A DNA stretch of 64,000 bases from Candidatus Latescibacterota bacterium (lineage in GTDB: Bacteria; Latescibacterota; UBA2968). The DNA lies in NCBI GenBank assembly GCA_965222605.1, contig OZ244960.1:2720001-2784000 (forward strand). The letters run 5' to 3'. Under the pieces are notes generated by a model. The model was given only the letters and a program-made list of their open reading frames with translations. It did not search any database and had not been told where the DNA came from. Shown here piece after piece: positions 50,053-60,733 of this stretch (position 1 is the first letter of the stretch; each line of letters opens with the position of its first letter). Position numbers and translations under genes: made by a program.

Positions 50053-50499
50053 TCAATCTGGACGGTAAAGGAGGTTGTTTTTTAAATGGGTCAGAACGAT
50101 GTGCCAAAGACGATCGCAGTTTTCTTTGGATGCCTTCATTTCCCTCTCTATATCTAAATCCGTTTTTAATCGTACGTTAAGTCTCGATTTTTCAGTAGCT
50201 GACTTAAAATCGTAGTCCTTCTTACGAACAACAATATTTTTTACTCTACCCTTAATCGTAAAGATGTCTATCTGGTCATTATCGATAAAATGCGCTTCAA
50301 TAGCATAACCTAAATCAGTAGTAAAAAACCAGACACTTTGGGGCGTCCTAACGCCATCATCCATGTATTCACTTACAAACACATCCCCAATCCCCGCCGG
50401 TGATATTTGGTCGGCCACGCGATACAGTTCTTCAGTGCGGTCAAGGTAAGGACGACGCATTCCCAACGATTTGAAGTAATCCATAAAACCCTGTTTCAT
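50053..50499 (-). CDS. Hypothetical protein coupled to RelA/SpoT-like gene
   Basis: ATGA overlap, GGAGG RBS, 148 aa. Confidence 0.75.
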   Translation of the reverse strand: MKQGFMDYFKSLGMRRPYLDRTEELYRVADQISPAGIGDVFVSEYMDDGVRTPQSVWFFTTDLGYAIEAHFIDNDQIDIFTIKGRVKNIVVRKKDYDFKSATEKSRLNVRLKTDLDIEREMKASKENCDRLWHIVLTHLKNNLLYRPD

Positions 50500-51296
50500 A
50501 ATGCCTCCTCCTTGTGTTTTTCTCGAATGTCAACGATCATCCCCTCCACATAATGAATGATATGGCCCAAATAGTTGACAGCAAATTCGTCGCTTTTGTA
50601 ATTCCACTGCCACATCTCATCATCAGGGGCTGATGCTGCCTTTCTCCTATCTTCATAGTATCTGTGAAGTAGTTTTCTCAGGACTTCCTGCAACTGCGTG
50701 GATATTTGAATTTCAATAGACACATTTACAACCTCTGTATCCCAATCTTCATTAGAAATCTCGAAATCCTGACAGAGATTCAAGTGTGCTGCATAATATC
50801 CTTCCGCTCTCGCTTCATAAGAATATTCCACATTTATACCATCCTGGTCACAAAATTCACGAACTGCCTGTACAAGATACTTGACGCCATCCAGAAATTT
50901 TACAAGCACCAGACATCTGACAATATCATTGACTCTGGAGAATGATTGTTGAGGAATGTACCATCCCCCTTCTGGAGAATCAGGCCAATTCGGATTGCTT
51001 ATGATGTTTAGCCGGTATGTCTTTTCCAAAAATGATTGAAAAGGTTTGGTCAATAATTCTGGTTCTTCTTCCGGTGCCATCAGCAGGTTATAACCCGTCT
51101 CATTTACGTAGATCTGATTTAGATCCTGTAATTGAGCAGTGAATTTTTGCCAGATTTCAGATGTTTGAAAATCTTGCCGTATCTTATTGGCCACAAAATT
51201 GTAGTGATTTTCAGTTCGAGTATCAATAGACACCTGCTGGTTTTCTCTTAGCCATTTTCGATATTCCTGCATCGATTCTGGTTTCCCATTTTCCAC
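50496..51296 (-). CDS. Divergent RelA/SpoT-domain small alarmone synthetase-like protein
   Basis: KPFQSFLEK, NDIVR, GYYAAH, EIQIST. Confidence 0.75.
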   Translation of the reverse strand: MENGKPESMQEYRKWLRENQQVSIDTRTENHYNFVANKIRQDFQTSEIWQKFTAQLQDLNQIYVNETGYNLLMAPEEEPELLTKPFQSFLEKTYRLNIISNPNWPDSPEGGWYIPQQSFSRVNDIVRCLVLVKFLDGVKYLVQAVREFCDQDGINVEYSYEARAEGYYAAHLNLCQDFEISNEDWDTEVVNVSIEIQISTQLQEVLRKLLHRYYEDRRKAASAPDDEMWQWNYKSDEFAVNYLGHIIHYVEGMIVDIREKHKEEAL

Positions 51297-51538
51297 AAAA
51301 TCCCCTTTTTTTGAATATCGCGGTCAATTTCTGCACGGTACGCCTCGTAACAAAAGCATACTCAGAATTGCATATTCTTTCAAGTGCTTTTCTGAGTATG
51401 CTCTCAAATTTCCGGCTTTTGAGACCAGATACGCGACGGATACCTGAAGAACGGTATTTGCGCTTGACGGGTGCATGGAAGGCACTTAGATTTTGCCGTA
51501 TCGTGCATCGCATTGAAAAACCATCACCAGGAGCAAAA

Positions 51539-53053
51539 ATGGCCGATGTCAAATCTACATATCAGCGGTTGATAGCAGAAATAAAACAAATTGCCCTATT
51601 GGGATCCTGTGCCGGTGTATTGGGTTGGGACAAACAGACCTACATGCCCAAAGGCGGAGCCAGGCATCGCGCAGAGCAACTCGCATTGCTCGTGGGCATG
51701 ATACACGAACGCGCAACCGCCCCTCAAATTGGCGACTATCTCGCAGAAATAGAAAACAGCGATCTAATATCCGACCCCCATTCCGAGGCCGCAGTTAACG
51801 TACGAGAACTTCGCAGGGACTACGATCGAGCTATCAAACTGCCCCGATCCCTCGTCGAAGAACTCGCCCGCGTAGCCACCATCGCGCAGCAAGTATGGCG
51901 AGAAGCGCGCGAAAAATCGGATTACGCCCTGTTCCAACCCCACCTCAAAAAGATCCTCGATCTAAAACATCAACAAGTCCGTGCGCTCGGCAACGGCAAA
52001 ACCCCTTACGACACGCTATTAGATGACTATGAACCCGGCGAAACCTCTGAAAACCTGACCCGGGTCTTCTCGGGCTTGCGCGACGAACTCGTCGAACTCG
52101 TGGGCGCAATCGCCGAATCCGGCAAAAAACCCGATGAAAATATTCTAACGCGCACGTATCCGATAGAACAACAAGAAGAATTTGGAAAAACCGCAGCCGC
52201 GCAAATCGGCTTCAACTTTGACAACGGGCGTTTAGACATCACCACACACCCATTTTGCAGCGGCATTGGACCGGGCGACACGCGCCTGACCACGCGATAT
52301 AACACACACCATTTTTCCGAATCCTTTTTCAGCATCATGCACGAAGCGGGCCATGGCATTTACGACCAGGGATTGAACGACAACCACTACGGAACCCCAA
52401 TGGGATCATCTATATCCCTGGGCATTCACGAATCTCAATCGCGCATGTGGGAAAACTTCGTCGGCCGCAGTGAGGCATTTTGGGCACACTTCTTCCCCAA
52501 AGCACAAACCGCATTTCCAGACGCACTAAGCGATGTATCCCAACGCGACTTCTACGCCGCAATCAACACAGTCGCCCCCTCATTTATTCGCGTAGAAGCC
52601 GACGAAGCCACGTACAACCTGCACATCATGCTCCGCTTTGAACTCGAACAAGCACTCATCGATGGCGGACTAAAAGCCGAAGATATCCCCGGCGTCTGGA
52701 ACGAAACATTTGAAAAATATCTGGGACTAACACCCCCAGACGATGCCCAGGGGTGTTTGCAAGACATACACTGGAGTGGCGGCGGGATAGGGTACTTTCC
52801 AACTTATGCCCTGGGCAATTTGTACGCCGCGCAATTCTTTGAACAAGCGCGTCAGGATGTAGGCGACCTGGACACACAATTTGCCGAAGGTGTATTTGAA
52901 CCGCTGAAAAACTGGCTGACGGAAAAAATCTATTCGCAGGGCCAGCGCTATCGCGCAAGTGAACTCATCGAAGTCGTAACGGGAAAACCCCTGAGCCATG
53001 AACCCCTAATGCGGCATTTGAGGGCAAAGTACGAACCGTTATATGGGATTTAG
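51539..53053 (+). CDS. Carboxypeptidase M32 (Taq)
   Basis: HPF, HEAGH, HESQSR, IRVEADE, QDIHW, GYFPTY. Confidence 0.95.
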   Translation: MADVKSTYQRLIAEIKQIALLGSCAGVLGWDKQTYMPKGGARHRAEQLALLVGMIHERATAPQIGDYLAEIENSDLISDPHSEAAVNVRELRRDYDRAIKLPRSLVEELARVATIAQQVWREAREKSDYALFQPHLKKILDLKHQQVRALGNGKTPYDTLLDDYEPGETSENLTRVFSGLRDELVELVGAIAESGKKPDENILTRTYPIEQQEEFGKTAAAQIGFNFDNGRLDITTHPFCSGIGPGDTRLTTRYNTHHFSESFFSIMHEAGHGIYDQGLNDNHYGTPMGSSISLGIHESQSRMWENFVGRSEAFWAHFFPKAQTAFPDALSDVSQRDFYAAINTVAPSFIRVEADEATYNLHIMLRFELEQALIDGGLKAEDIPGVWNETFEKYLGLTPPDDAQGCLQDIHWSGGGIGYFPTYALGNLYAAQFFEQARQDVGDLDTQFAEGVFEPLKNWLTEKIYSQGQRYRASELIEVVTGKPLSHEPLMRHLRAKYEPLYGI

Positions 53054-53061
53054 AGAACAGC

Positions 53062-53102
53062 AAAACCTTCTGGATCGCGGCTAAAAACATGCCGCGATGA
53101 CG
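53062..53102. repeat. REP-like palindrome
   Basis: AAAACCTTCTGGATCGCGGCTAAAAACATGCCGCGATGAC. Confidence 0.8.
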
Positions 53103-53123
53103 AGGGCTGGAGCTGACCGCTTA

Positions 53124-54086
53124 ATGGAGCGACCATTGACCAAACAACCCGTAATTTTAGACACCGACCCCGGCGTGGATGACGCGCTGGCAATCATGCT
53201 GGCATTGGGTTCCCCGGAACTCGACGTAATCGGCATCTGCACAGTAAGCGGCAACGTACCCCTCAAAACCGGCACGCGCAATGCACAGGGATTATTACAA
53301 CTATTGGACCGCACAGACATACCCGTTTTTGCAGGCGCAGACTCGCCCCTAAAACGCGACCCTGTATTTGCCACTGAAGTCCATGGCAAAAGCGGCATGG
53401 GACAAGCTGTATTGCCAGAACCATCTCAAGAAGTAAAAGGCGACGCCATCGATTTCCTCGTACAAACCCTATCCGATCAACCAGGAGAAATCACACTAAT
53501 TGCCGTTGGTCCCCTGACAAATCTGGCACTGGCCGAACAACGCCAGCCGGGCATACTTCAAAAAGCCAGACAGGTAATTGTCATGGGCGGAGCCATTGCA
53601 GAACCGGGAAACTCAACACCCGTGGCAGAATTCAATTTTTACGCCGACCCCCACGCTGCACAAATAGTCGTTCATTCGGGCGCGGCACTACTACTCGTGC
53701 CATTAGATGCAACACGGCAGGTCATATTGTCCGAATCGGATATCGAAAACCAGATCGCCCCCCTGAAAACAGTCGCATCTCAATTTGTCGTCGATGCCAC
53801 GCAGAACGTCCTCGCACTCTATCGACAAATAGGCCGAGAGCCAATTGTATATCTACACGACCCACTCGCCGTAGGCGCGGCTATCGCACCCGAACTCCTC
53901 CGCGCAGAAACTTTATACATCGACATAGAAACATCGGGCGACCTCACCCTGGGGCAGGTCGTCACAGACCGCCGCGGCCTGCCCCCACCCTGGCTTTGCG
54001 GCAAACCTGTCAATTGCGCGATGCACGTCAATGCCGAAGCATTTTTGTCCCTATTTCTGACACGGATTTTTACTCCCGATCCTTAA
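53124..54086 (+). CDS. Nucleoside hydrolase (IUNH)
   Basis: DTDPGVDD, GPLTN, AEFN, LHDP. Confidence 0.95.
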   Translation: MERPLTKQPVILDTDPGVDDALAIMLALGSPELDVIGICTVSGNVPLKTGTRNAQGLLQLLDRTDIPVFAGADSPLKRDPVFATEVHGKSGMGQAVLPEPSQEVKGDAIDFLVQTLSDQPGEITLIAVGPLTNLALAEQRQPGILQKARQVIVMGGAIAEPGNSTPVAEFNFYADPHAAQIVVHSGAALLLVPLDATRQVILSESDIENQIAPLKTVASQFVVDATQNVLALYRQIGREPIVYLHDPLAVGAAIAPELLRAETLYIDIETSGDLTLGQVVTDRRGLPPPWLCGKPVNCAMHVNAEAFLSLFLTRIFTPDP

Positions 54087-54099
54087 TTTTTAATTCACA

Positions 54100-55065
54100 T
54101 CACGGCCTATCCCGCAGCCTCATATAGCTCTGATAGCGTTGAAGCGCGATATCGCCATCATCCACAGCCATCCTCACCGCGCAGTCAGGTTCGTGAACAT
54201 GCGAACAATCGCGAAAGCGACAGCCGCCGAGAAACGGATGAAAATCTCTAAAAAGAACGGGAATATCTTCGGGGCTTATCTCGTACAGATAAAACTCCCG
54301 AACACCGGGCATATCCCCGACAAACCCTCCTCTATCGAGCGCGACCAATTCCGTATGGGTCGTCGTATGTATGCCCGCGCCCGTGGCCTTACTAATAGGC
54401 CCCGTACGCAACTGCAATCCGGGTTGCAACCAATTGAGCAAACTCGACTTTCCAACGCCAGAAGCCCCCATAAAAAGGGTAATTTTCCCGCGCAGAAAAT
54501 CGTAAAACGCCTCTTTACCCGCACCGGAAATAATACTGGTATAAACCACGGGATATCCCATCGCCCTGTACGGACCCATAACCCGATCCGCCCAGGCCTC
54601 ATCGGCGAGATCGAGTTTATTGAGACAAAGTGACACAGATATTTGCTGCCACTCTGCAATACCCAGCATGCGATCCAGCAAAGTCCAGTCCGGAACTGGC
54701 TCACTCGCAGACACAATGGGAACAACCTGATCGACATTGGCAGCAAGGAGTTGCTCTCTATAAGACCCGCCAGACGCACGCCGAGAAACCTTGTTGCTGC
54801 GGGGACACACCTCGCGGATCATACCCGTATTATCCGCACCCTCAGAAAAAACCACGCGATCCCCAACCGCAACCGGATCAATCACCCGCACCCGTCTCAC
54901 CGCCTGCACGCGGCGGCGGCGCGAACCCGGCGCGGCCTCGGGATATTCGAGTTGTTTCCGCAAACGACTCGACAGCGCGCACATCACCACGCGATCGGCA
55001 GTCTGGACGACATAATGGCCGAGGTGGTGGCGGATAACAGTACCTTCATTGTCAGATTTAGCCAT
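54100..55065 (-). CDS. rsgA: Ribosome small subunit-dependent GTPase A
   Basis: NKLD, GASGVGKSS, HTTT, DMPG, CRFRDCSH..EPDC. Confidence 0.95.
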   Translation of the reverse strand: MAKSDNEGTVIRHHLGHYVVQTADRVVMCALSSRLRKQLEYPEAAPGSRRRRVQAVRRVRVIDPVAVGDRVVFSEGADNTGMIREVCPRSNKVSRRASGGSYREQLLAANVDQVVPIVSASEPVPDWTLLDRMLGIAEWQQISVSLCLNKLDLADEAWADRVMGPYRAMGYPVVYTSIISGAGKEAFYDFLRGKITLFMGASGVGKSSLLNWLQPGLQLRTGPISKATGAGIHTTTHTELVALDRGGFVGDMPGVREFYLYEISPEDIPVLFRDFHPFLGGCRFRDCSHVHEPDCAVRMAVDDGDIALQRYQSYMRLRDRP

Positions 55066-55232
55066 ATCTCAACAATCAAACTAAAGGGCCTTCCCACTGT
55101 AATGAACGCCCTAAAATAACGCCCGCTATATGTACTTGTCAAGCGCTGTAGCCTTTGCAAACGGGTTGACTTTTAACGGGGTTTTCTCCATATTTCCCCG
55201 ACATTTACAGGCTTATAAAAAAAGGAAAAATA

Positions 55233-55982
55233 ATGAAACACGACCTCAGCCCATTTTTGTCGAACTGGGATTTTGACCCCACCGATATTTGTGTACGCAA
55301 AATTCAAGGCATGGACGGACGGGAAAAATTGCAAGTACGCCTCGATCTGGGCTTAATGCAGATGGAAATGAACGACCGACCTGACGGAAAGTGTATGGAC
55401 GGTCATTTTTCATTGCTGGACTACTATTTAGACCAACTCGAAATTGAACAAGCTCAATCTGGCACAGATGAGAATTTTTATCTCGACAGAGATGCATGCA
55501 TCGAATTGAGTCAAGAGGGATTATTATTTTATCATCGTTATGTTTGTCTGATGCGATTGGGCGATTTTGAAGCAGTCGTGCGCGACACCGCCCACAATCT
55601 GGCACTTCTGGATCTCGTGAGGGCTTATGCCGAAGATGAAGAAGATCGAAAAATATTTGAACACTATCGGCCTTATGTACTCATGATTCACACCCGTGCG
55701 CGGGGTGAAATTTGTTTGCAGAAAGGCGATTACTCCGGTGTCCTGAATCACATTGAAGAAGGCATCGACAAAATTCAAACATGTGTGGCAAATTCTGGCA
55801 TTGAAGCAGACGAAGAGATCGAAGTCCTTTCCACATGGGCCGAAGAAATAGAACGCGAGCGTCCTATCACTTTGCAACAAAAACTGGCACAAAAACTCCA
55901 AAAAGCCATTGCCGAAGAGCGATACGAACAAGCGGCTCGGTTGAGAGACAGGCTCAGGTCGCTGGAAAAAAACAATTTGTGA
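55233..55982 (+). CDS. UvrB/UvrC-motif protein
   Basis: C-terminal AIAEERYEQAARLRD; N-terminal RLDLGLMQME..RPDG. Confidence 0.8.
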   Translation: MKHDLSPFLSNWDFDPTDICVRKIQGMDGREKLQVRLDLGLMQMEMNDRPDGKCMDGHFSLLDYYLDQLEIEQAQSGTDENFYLDRDACIELSQEGLLFYHRYVCLMRLGDFEAVVRDTAHNLALLDLVRAYAEDEEDRKIFEHYRPYVLMIHTRARGEICLQKGDYSGVLNHIEEGIDKIQTCVANSGIEADEEIEVLSTWAEEIERERPITLQQKLAQKLQKAIAEERYEQAARLRDRLRSLEKNNL

Positions 55983-56009
55983 AAACTGCAACCTGAGCAT
56001 CACAATACA

Positions 56010-56058
56010 AAAACATCCTGATTCTAAACACCTATGTGTTTCTGAATCGGGATTTTTT
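56010..56058 (+). terminator. Putative terminator
   Basis: ATCCTGATTC..GAATCGGGAT followed by a T-run. Confidence 0.55.
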
Positions 56059-56085
56059 GTATAGACGGATTAATAGAGGCCATCA

Positions 56086-57321
56086 ATGGGTTATGAATGG
56101 ATCATTATCAAACGGCACCTTTTCAGCACTGGTCGTCGCCTGGGATTAACCACGATCATAGCCATCATAGGTGTCGGGCTGGGGGTTGGGGCACTCGTCA
56201 TCACCCTATCGGTAATGAACGGCTATGCGGATATGATCTTTGACCGCCAGGTGGGCATAAATCCCCATGTGACCGTGCGGCGCCCGTACAGCGAACGCAT
56301 CGAAAATTACGCACCCATCGTCCAGTTGCTCAAAAAACACCCGGAAGTGATCGGCGCCAATCCCGTGATAGAAACAGAAGGTTATGTATTGAACAGAGTC
56401 AAAGATGTAGGTGCTGTCACGTCAGGCGTATTGGTGCGAGGGATAGATGGTATTGTGAAAAGCAGCGACATCACCCATCACATAACCGAAGGAAAAATGG
56501 AATTGTCGCGCATTGAAGGCAATACCTTTGGAATGGTCATAGGCAAAACACTTGCCGAAAAATTGGGTGCCTCCGCAGGATCAAAAATTCGCCTATTGGT
56601 CGCCCCCAAAGACCTCACCACAGCCCGCATGCCCCCGCTCCGCCAATATGTGATAACGGGTATTTTTGAAACGGGATTTTACGAATTTGACGCCTCACTA
56701 ATCTACGTATCCCTCGCGGCTGCACAACGGGACCTGCAATGGGGCGATCTGGTAACGGGCATTCAAGTGCGCCTCGTCAATGCGTTTGAGGCCGATCGCG
56801 TCAGCGTTGAATTGCGAGAGACATTGGTGGCGACGCATTCCGATTTGTTCTCCTCATCGTGGATGTATGCACAGGGCAATTTGTACGCGTGGATCTGGTT
56901 GCAAAAATGGGCGAGCTTTGTGGTCTTGAGCTTAATCGTAGTAGTCGCGGGATTCAACATCATCAGCATTCTAACCATGGCCGTGAATGAGCGCAGACGC
57001 GAAATTGGCATCTTGAAAGCAATGGGGGCAGCACCCAAAAGCATCGCCCAAATCTTTTCCCGAGAAGGTCTGATAATCGGTGCGAGCGGTGTATTATCAG
57101 GCAATATATTGGGCGGAGGCCTGTGCTGGATACAAAAGATCTATGCACCCATATCGCTTTCCGGCGATGTTTATTTTATCAACGCCCTCCCCGTAACCAT
57201 AAACATACTGGACTTTGCGATGACCTCGGCACTGGCACTATTGCTATGCCTCGCATTTGCCCGCTGGCCCGCAAAACGCGCGGCAACTCTGGACCCCGTA
57301 GAAGCTATTAGATATGAATAA
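56086..57321 (+). CDS. LolC/E-family ABC permease
   Basis: SVMNG, EIGILKAMG, DPVEAIRYE. Confidence 0.9.
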   Translation: MGYEWIIIKRHLFSTGRRLGLTTIIAIIGVGLGVGALVITLSVMNGYADMIFDRQVGINPHVTVRRPYSERIENYAPIVQLLKKHPEVIGANPVIETEGYVLNRVKDVGAVTSGVLVRGIDGIVKSSDITHHITEGKMELSRIEGNTFGMVIGKTLAEKLGASAGSKIRLLVAPKDLTTARMPPLRQYVITGIFETGFYEFDASLIYVSLAAAQRDLQWGDLVTGIQVRLVNAFEADRVSVELRETLVATHSDLFSSSWMYAQGNLYAWIWLQKWASFVVLSLIVVVAGFNIISILTMAVNERRREIGILKAMGAAPKSIAQIFSREGLIIGASGVLSGNILGGGLCWIQKIYAPISLSGDVYFINALPVTINILDFAMTSALALLLCLAFARWPAKRAATLDPVEAIRYE

Positions 57322-58576
57322 TACCTACGAATTCTTCATCGCCCGACGACTTATGCGCGCCATGCGCCGGCAGCGCCAGGTATCGTTTACCGCGGCCATA
57401 GCTATTGCAGGCGTAACCATTGGGGTTGCCGCCCTCATCATTGTCCTGTCCGTTTTTAATGGCTTCTCGGCATTGTTGTGGGACAGCCTGTTGAGTGTAA
57501 GCCCTCATGTCATCGTGCAAAAACCCCATGCACAGCCCATGTCGCCCAACGGGAAGCAAATCGAACAACTGGAAAAATTGGCCTCTGTACGCGCAGCAGC
57601 ACCTTTTGTAGCGTCCGAAGGATTCGCGCTCAGGCGACCACCCGGCGGCGAAATAATTCAAGCTGGCATAGCCGTGCGGGGCATAGACCTGGCAAAAATT
57701 ACAGACATGAATGCGTATTTATGGGCAGGCGATCTCAACCTGAATATTCAACCTCCCGACCCCGATCAAATCACGCCCGACACCAGACGCGCTAAAGTGT
57801 ATGGCACGGCCATTGGGCGCGTACTCGCAGACCGGCTCGGCGCAGTAGTCGGCACCGAAATCATGCTGGGATTGGTACCCAAAGCAGTTTTAATGGGACA
57901 ACAACCGCAGTTATGGCCCTACAAAGTAACAGCCATCTTCCACACGGGATTGGACGAACTGGACTCCGCACTCGCTTTTGTATCCCTCGAAGCGGCACAA
58001 CGCGACCTGGGATGGCACGACCAGATCTCGGGTATCCAGATCCGGCTCGCCGAGCCATTTGAAGCACACCGCATCGCGCCCACCCTTGCCACAGGAACAG
58101 ATTTTGACGTCGTAACCTGGATGGATACACACCGCAACTTATATGCGTCCATTCGCCTGGAAAAATGGTTTAGCTCCCTGGTACTGTGTCTAATCGTAAT
58201 GGTAGCAGGATTCAATATCATAAGCATTTTGACCATGACCGTAGGCGATAGACAGCGCGACATCGGCATATTAAAAGCTATGGGGGCAACGCCGCGTTCA
58301 ATTGGTAAAATCTTTACACTCAAAGGCCTGGGCGTTGGCCTGACAGGGGTTATTTTTGGCAATGCGATTGGCTATATCCTGTGCTGGTCGCAACAGACAT
58401 TTGAATGGATCAAACTACCCGGTCAAATTTACATCATCCAGGCATTACCCGTAAAAATGCTAACTATTGATTTCGTATGCATCTCCCTCGCATCTGTGGG
58501 CCTGTGCTTCGCATTCGCGCTCTTGCCCGCCCGCAGAGCCGCCTCGCTCGCGCCCATTGTGGCGTTGCGAGAGTAG
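57314..58576 (+). CDS. LolC/E-family ABC permease (paralogue)
   Basis: SVFNGF, DIGILKAMG. Confidence 0.9.
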   Translation: MNNTYEFFIARRLMRAMRRQRQVSFTAAIAIAGVTIGVAALIIVLSVFNGFSALLWDSLLSVSPHVIVQKPHAQPMSPNGKQIEQLEKLASVRAAAPFVASEGFALRRPPGGEIIQAGIAVRGIDLAKITDMNAYLWAGDLNLNIQPPDPDQITPDTRRAKVYGTAIGRVLADRLGAVVGTEIMLGLVPKAVLMGQQPQLWPYKVTAIFHTGLDELDSALAFVSLEAAQRDLGWHDQISGIQIRLAEPFEAHRIAPTLATGTDFDVVTWMDTHRNLYASIRLEKWFSSLVLCLIVMVAGFNIISILTMTVGDRQRDIGILKAMGATPRSIGKIFTLKGLGVGLTGVIFGNAIGYILCWSQQTFEWIKLPGQIYIIQALPVKMLTIDFVCISLASVGLCFAFALLPARRAASLAPIVALRE

Positions 58577-58590
58577 GACAAATCAACCCC

Positions 58591-59046
58591 ATGCAAAAAT
58601 TGAATTTCCCAACCTCATCCACTTATGACATCATAAACCGCGACGGAAGCGAGATGATCTTAGATCCCCTGCGTCAAAAATACGTGGTATTAACCCCCGA
58701 AGAATGGGTACGCCAGAATTTTGTGCGGTATTTAATCGAAGGACTGGGCTATCCGCAGGGACGCACCGCAATCGAAACCGGATTTGTATTTCAGGGCATG
58801 CAGTGCCGCGCCGATGTACTCGTATATGATGCAAAAGGAAAAGCACTATTGATGGGAGAATGCAAAGCCCCCGAAATAAAAATCACCCAACAGGTCTTTG
58901 ATCAAATCGGACGATACAATGCGGTCGTACAGGCCACCTACCTCATCGCAACAAATGGACTGCAGCATTATTGTTGCGCGATTGATCGAAAAAACAACTC
59001 CTATCGCTTTATAGACACACTGCCGCGATATGGAGATATTACGTGA
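58591..59046 (+). CDS. HsdR N-terminal-domain (HSDR_N_2) standalone protein
   Basis: TPEEWVRQ, RAD, ECK, QIGRYN, TNG. Confidence 0.85.
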   Translation: MQKLNFPTSSTYDIINRDGSEMILDPLRQKYVVLTPEEWVRQNFVRYLIEGLGYPQGRTAIETGFVFQGMQCRADVLVYDAKGKALLMGECKAPEIKITQQVFDQIGRYNAVVQATYLIATNGLQHYCCAIDRKNNSYRFIDTLPRYGDIT

Positions 59047-59185
59047 TGTGTGACTTCAAAACCGCGACAGAAAGATACGGGTGGATTTGACCAACTACTT
59101 CAACAACATCATGCGCTGAACTTGAAAAAAATCGCCCACACTCATGGAAAGAAGCTAAAAAAAATACAAACAACTTTCTCACCTC

Positions 59186-60733
59186 TCACGCACATACGAC
59201 CTCAAAGGCGGTTATATTGCGGGTATCCTTGCTGAATTCTACGCCGATCAGGTGAATAGGCTGGTCCAGACCGCGATATTTGTCCGCATATCCCTTTGCT
59301 TGCAATTGCGCCATCGCCGCACCATCAGACGCCAGTTCCACCACTTTGAACTCGAACAGGTAGATATTATCGTTGAAGTGTACAGCCATATCCACACGTC
59401 CATGGCTGCTGCTATCCTCTACCGTGATATTTAGACCCAATCCCGCGAAATAGGAATAGAACACGCTGGCATAGTAGCCCTCAAAATTGGCGATGTCGTT
59501 GTTGGTGTACCACTCATAAGGAATACTGGCAAAAAAGGCGTGGAATAAGGTCTCGAGACCGGCAAAGTCGTTGGCTTCCAGCAGGCGGTAAAGTTGGACG
59601 CTATTCGCCATCTGGCTCGACGGGTCTTTCACCAGGTAGCGCAATAGGCTTCGGTTGAGGCTCTGGCGCACCTCCCGATTGGGATAACTTAGACGGTACA
59701 GGGATTCGCCGCCCAGGTTCTCCTCACCGGTAATAGTCAGGTACCCGGTCTGAAACAACAGGGCCTCGGTCGCGATTTCATCCACATCAAAGGTCGATAG
59801 CAAGTCGTTACTGCCGATCATCTCGTCGAGTTTCAAGGAACTGACACGGCGTTTGAACAGGGTCTCGATGAGGAAGGTGGGCGTGCCTGTCTCGAACCAG
59901 TAGGCTCCGAACTCGCGGCTGTCGAAGAGCAGAAGGATATCGAAGGGGTTATAGACCTTCTCCTGGCCCCGCCAGCTATAGCCATTGTACCAGCGGCGTA
60001 TCTCCTCCCTGTCCAGACCGGGAAGCTCGGGCGCGAACACCGTGTCCAGATCTGCATCGGTATAGCCACAGATAGCCGAGTAGCGCGCATCCAGCGTGAT
60101 ATCCTTGAGATTGTTGAGGCCGGAGAACAGATGTACCTTGGAGAACTTGCTGACGCCAGTGAGGAATGTGAATTTGATATGGGCATCATTGGACTTGATC
60201 GTCGAATACAGACCGCGCAGAAAGTCGCGGTTGGCACGGGCGACTTCAGGCTCATCCAGCACATCCAGAATTGGTTTGTCGTATTCGTCAATGAGAACAG
60301 CCACGCGCTGTCCCGCCTGGCTATGCAACATCTGGATGATATGGCGAAAGCGTGCTGAAACAGTATCGTAGTGGCTTTCTACGCCTGTTTCTTTTTCTAC
60401 AGCGTCCAGTTGTGCCATAACCTCTTTGTGCAAGATCTCCGGCTCATTAAAGTTGCCGCTACCGAAGTCGAGGCGCAGGACGGGATAGCGAACCTGCCAG
60501 TCCCAGTGGTCGTGGATATGAAGCCCTTCGAACAGCGGTTCATTGCCCTCAAACAGTTCCTTCAGCGTATCCAGAAACAGGCTTTTGCCAAAGCGCCGTG
60601 GACGCGATAAAAAGTAGTGCGTGCCCTCGTCCATCAGTCGCCGTATATGGGCAGTTTTATCGACATAGTAGCAGTTTTCCTCCCGAATTTTGCGGAAGGT
60701 CTGAATGCCGATGGGCAGTCTGCGTCTGGTCAT
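59186..60733 (-). CDS. AAA-ATPase-like plus PD-(D/E)XK (PDDEXK_9) protein
   Basis: LPIGIQTF, RPRRFGKS, IDEYD, GRVD..FEFK. Confidence 0.92.
   Translation of the reverse strand: MTRRRLPIGIQTFRKIREENCYYVDKTAHIRRLMDEGTHYFLSRPRRFGKSLFLDTLKELFEGNEPLFEGLHIHDHWDWQVRYPVLRLDFGSGNFNEPEILHKEVMAQLDAVEKETGVESHYDTVSARFRHIIQMLHSQAGQRVAVLIDEYDKPILDVLDEPEVARANRDFLRGLYSTIKSNDAHIKFTFLTGVSKFSKVHLFSGLNNLKDITLDARYSAICGYTDADLDTVFAPELPGLDREEIRRWYNGYSWRGQEKVYNPFDILLLFDSREFGAYWFETGTPTFLIETLFKRRVSSLKLDEMIGSNDLLSTFDVDEIATEALLFQTGYLTITGEENLGGESLYRLSYPNREVRQSLNRSLLRYLVKDPSSQMANSVQLYRLLEANDFAGLETLFHAFFASIPYEWYTNNDIANFEGYYASVFYSYFAGLGLNITVEDSSSHGRVDMAVHFNDNIYLFEFKVVELASDGAAMAQLQAKGYADKYRGLDQPIHLIGVEFSKDTRNITAFEVVCA

Noticed and set aside
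58591-59046. Type I R-M system
   Set aside because: Standalone HsdR_N domain; no hsdM/hsdS or helicase
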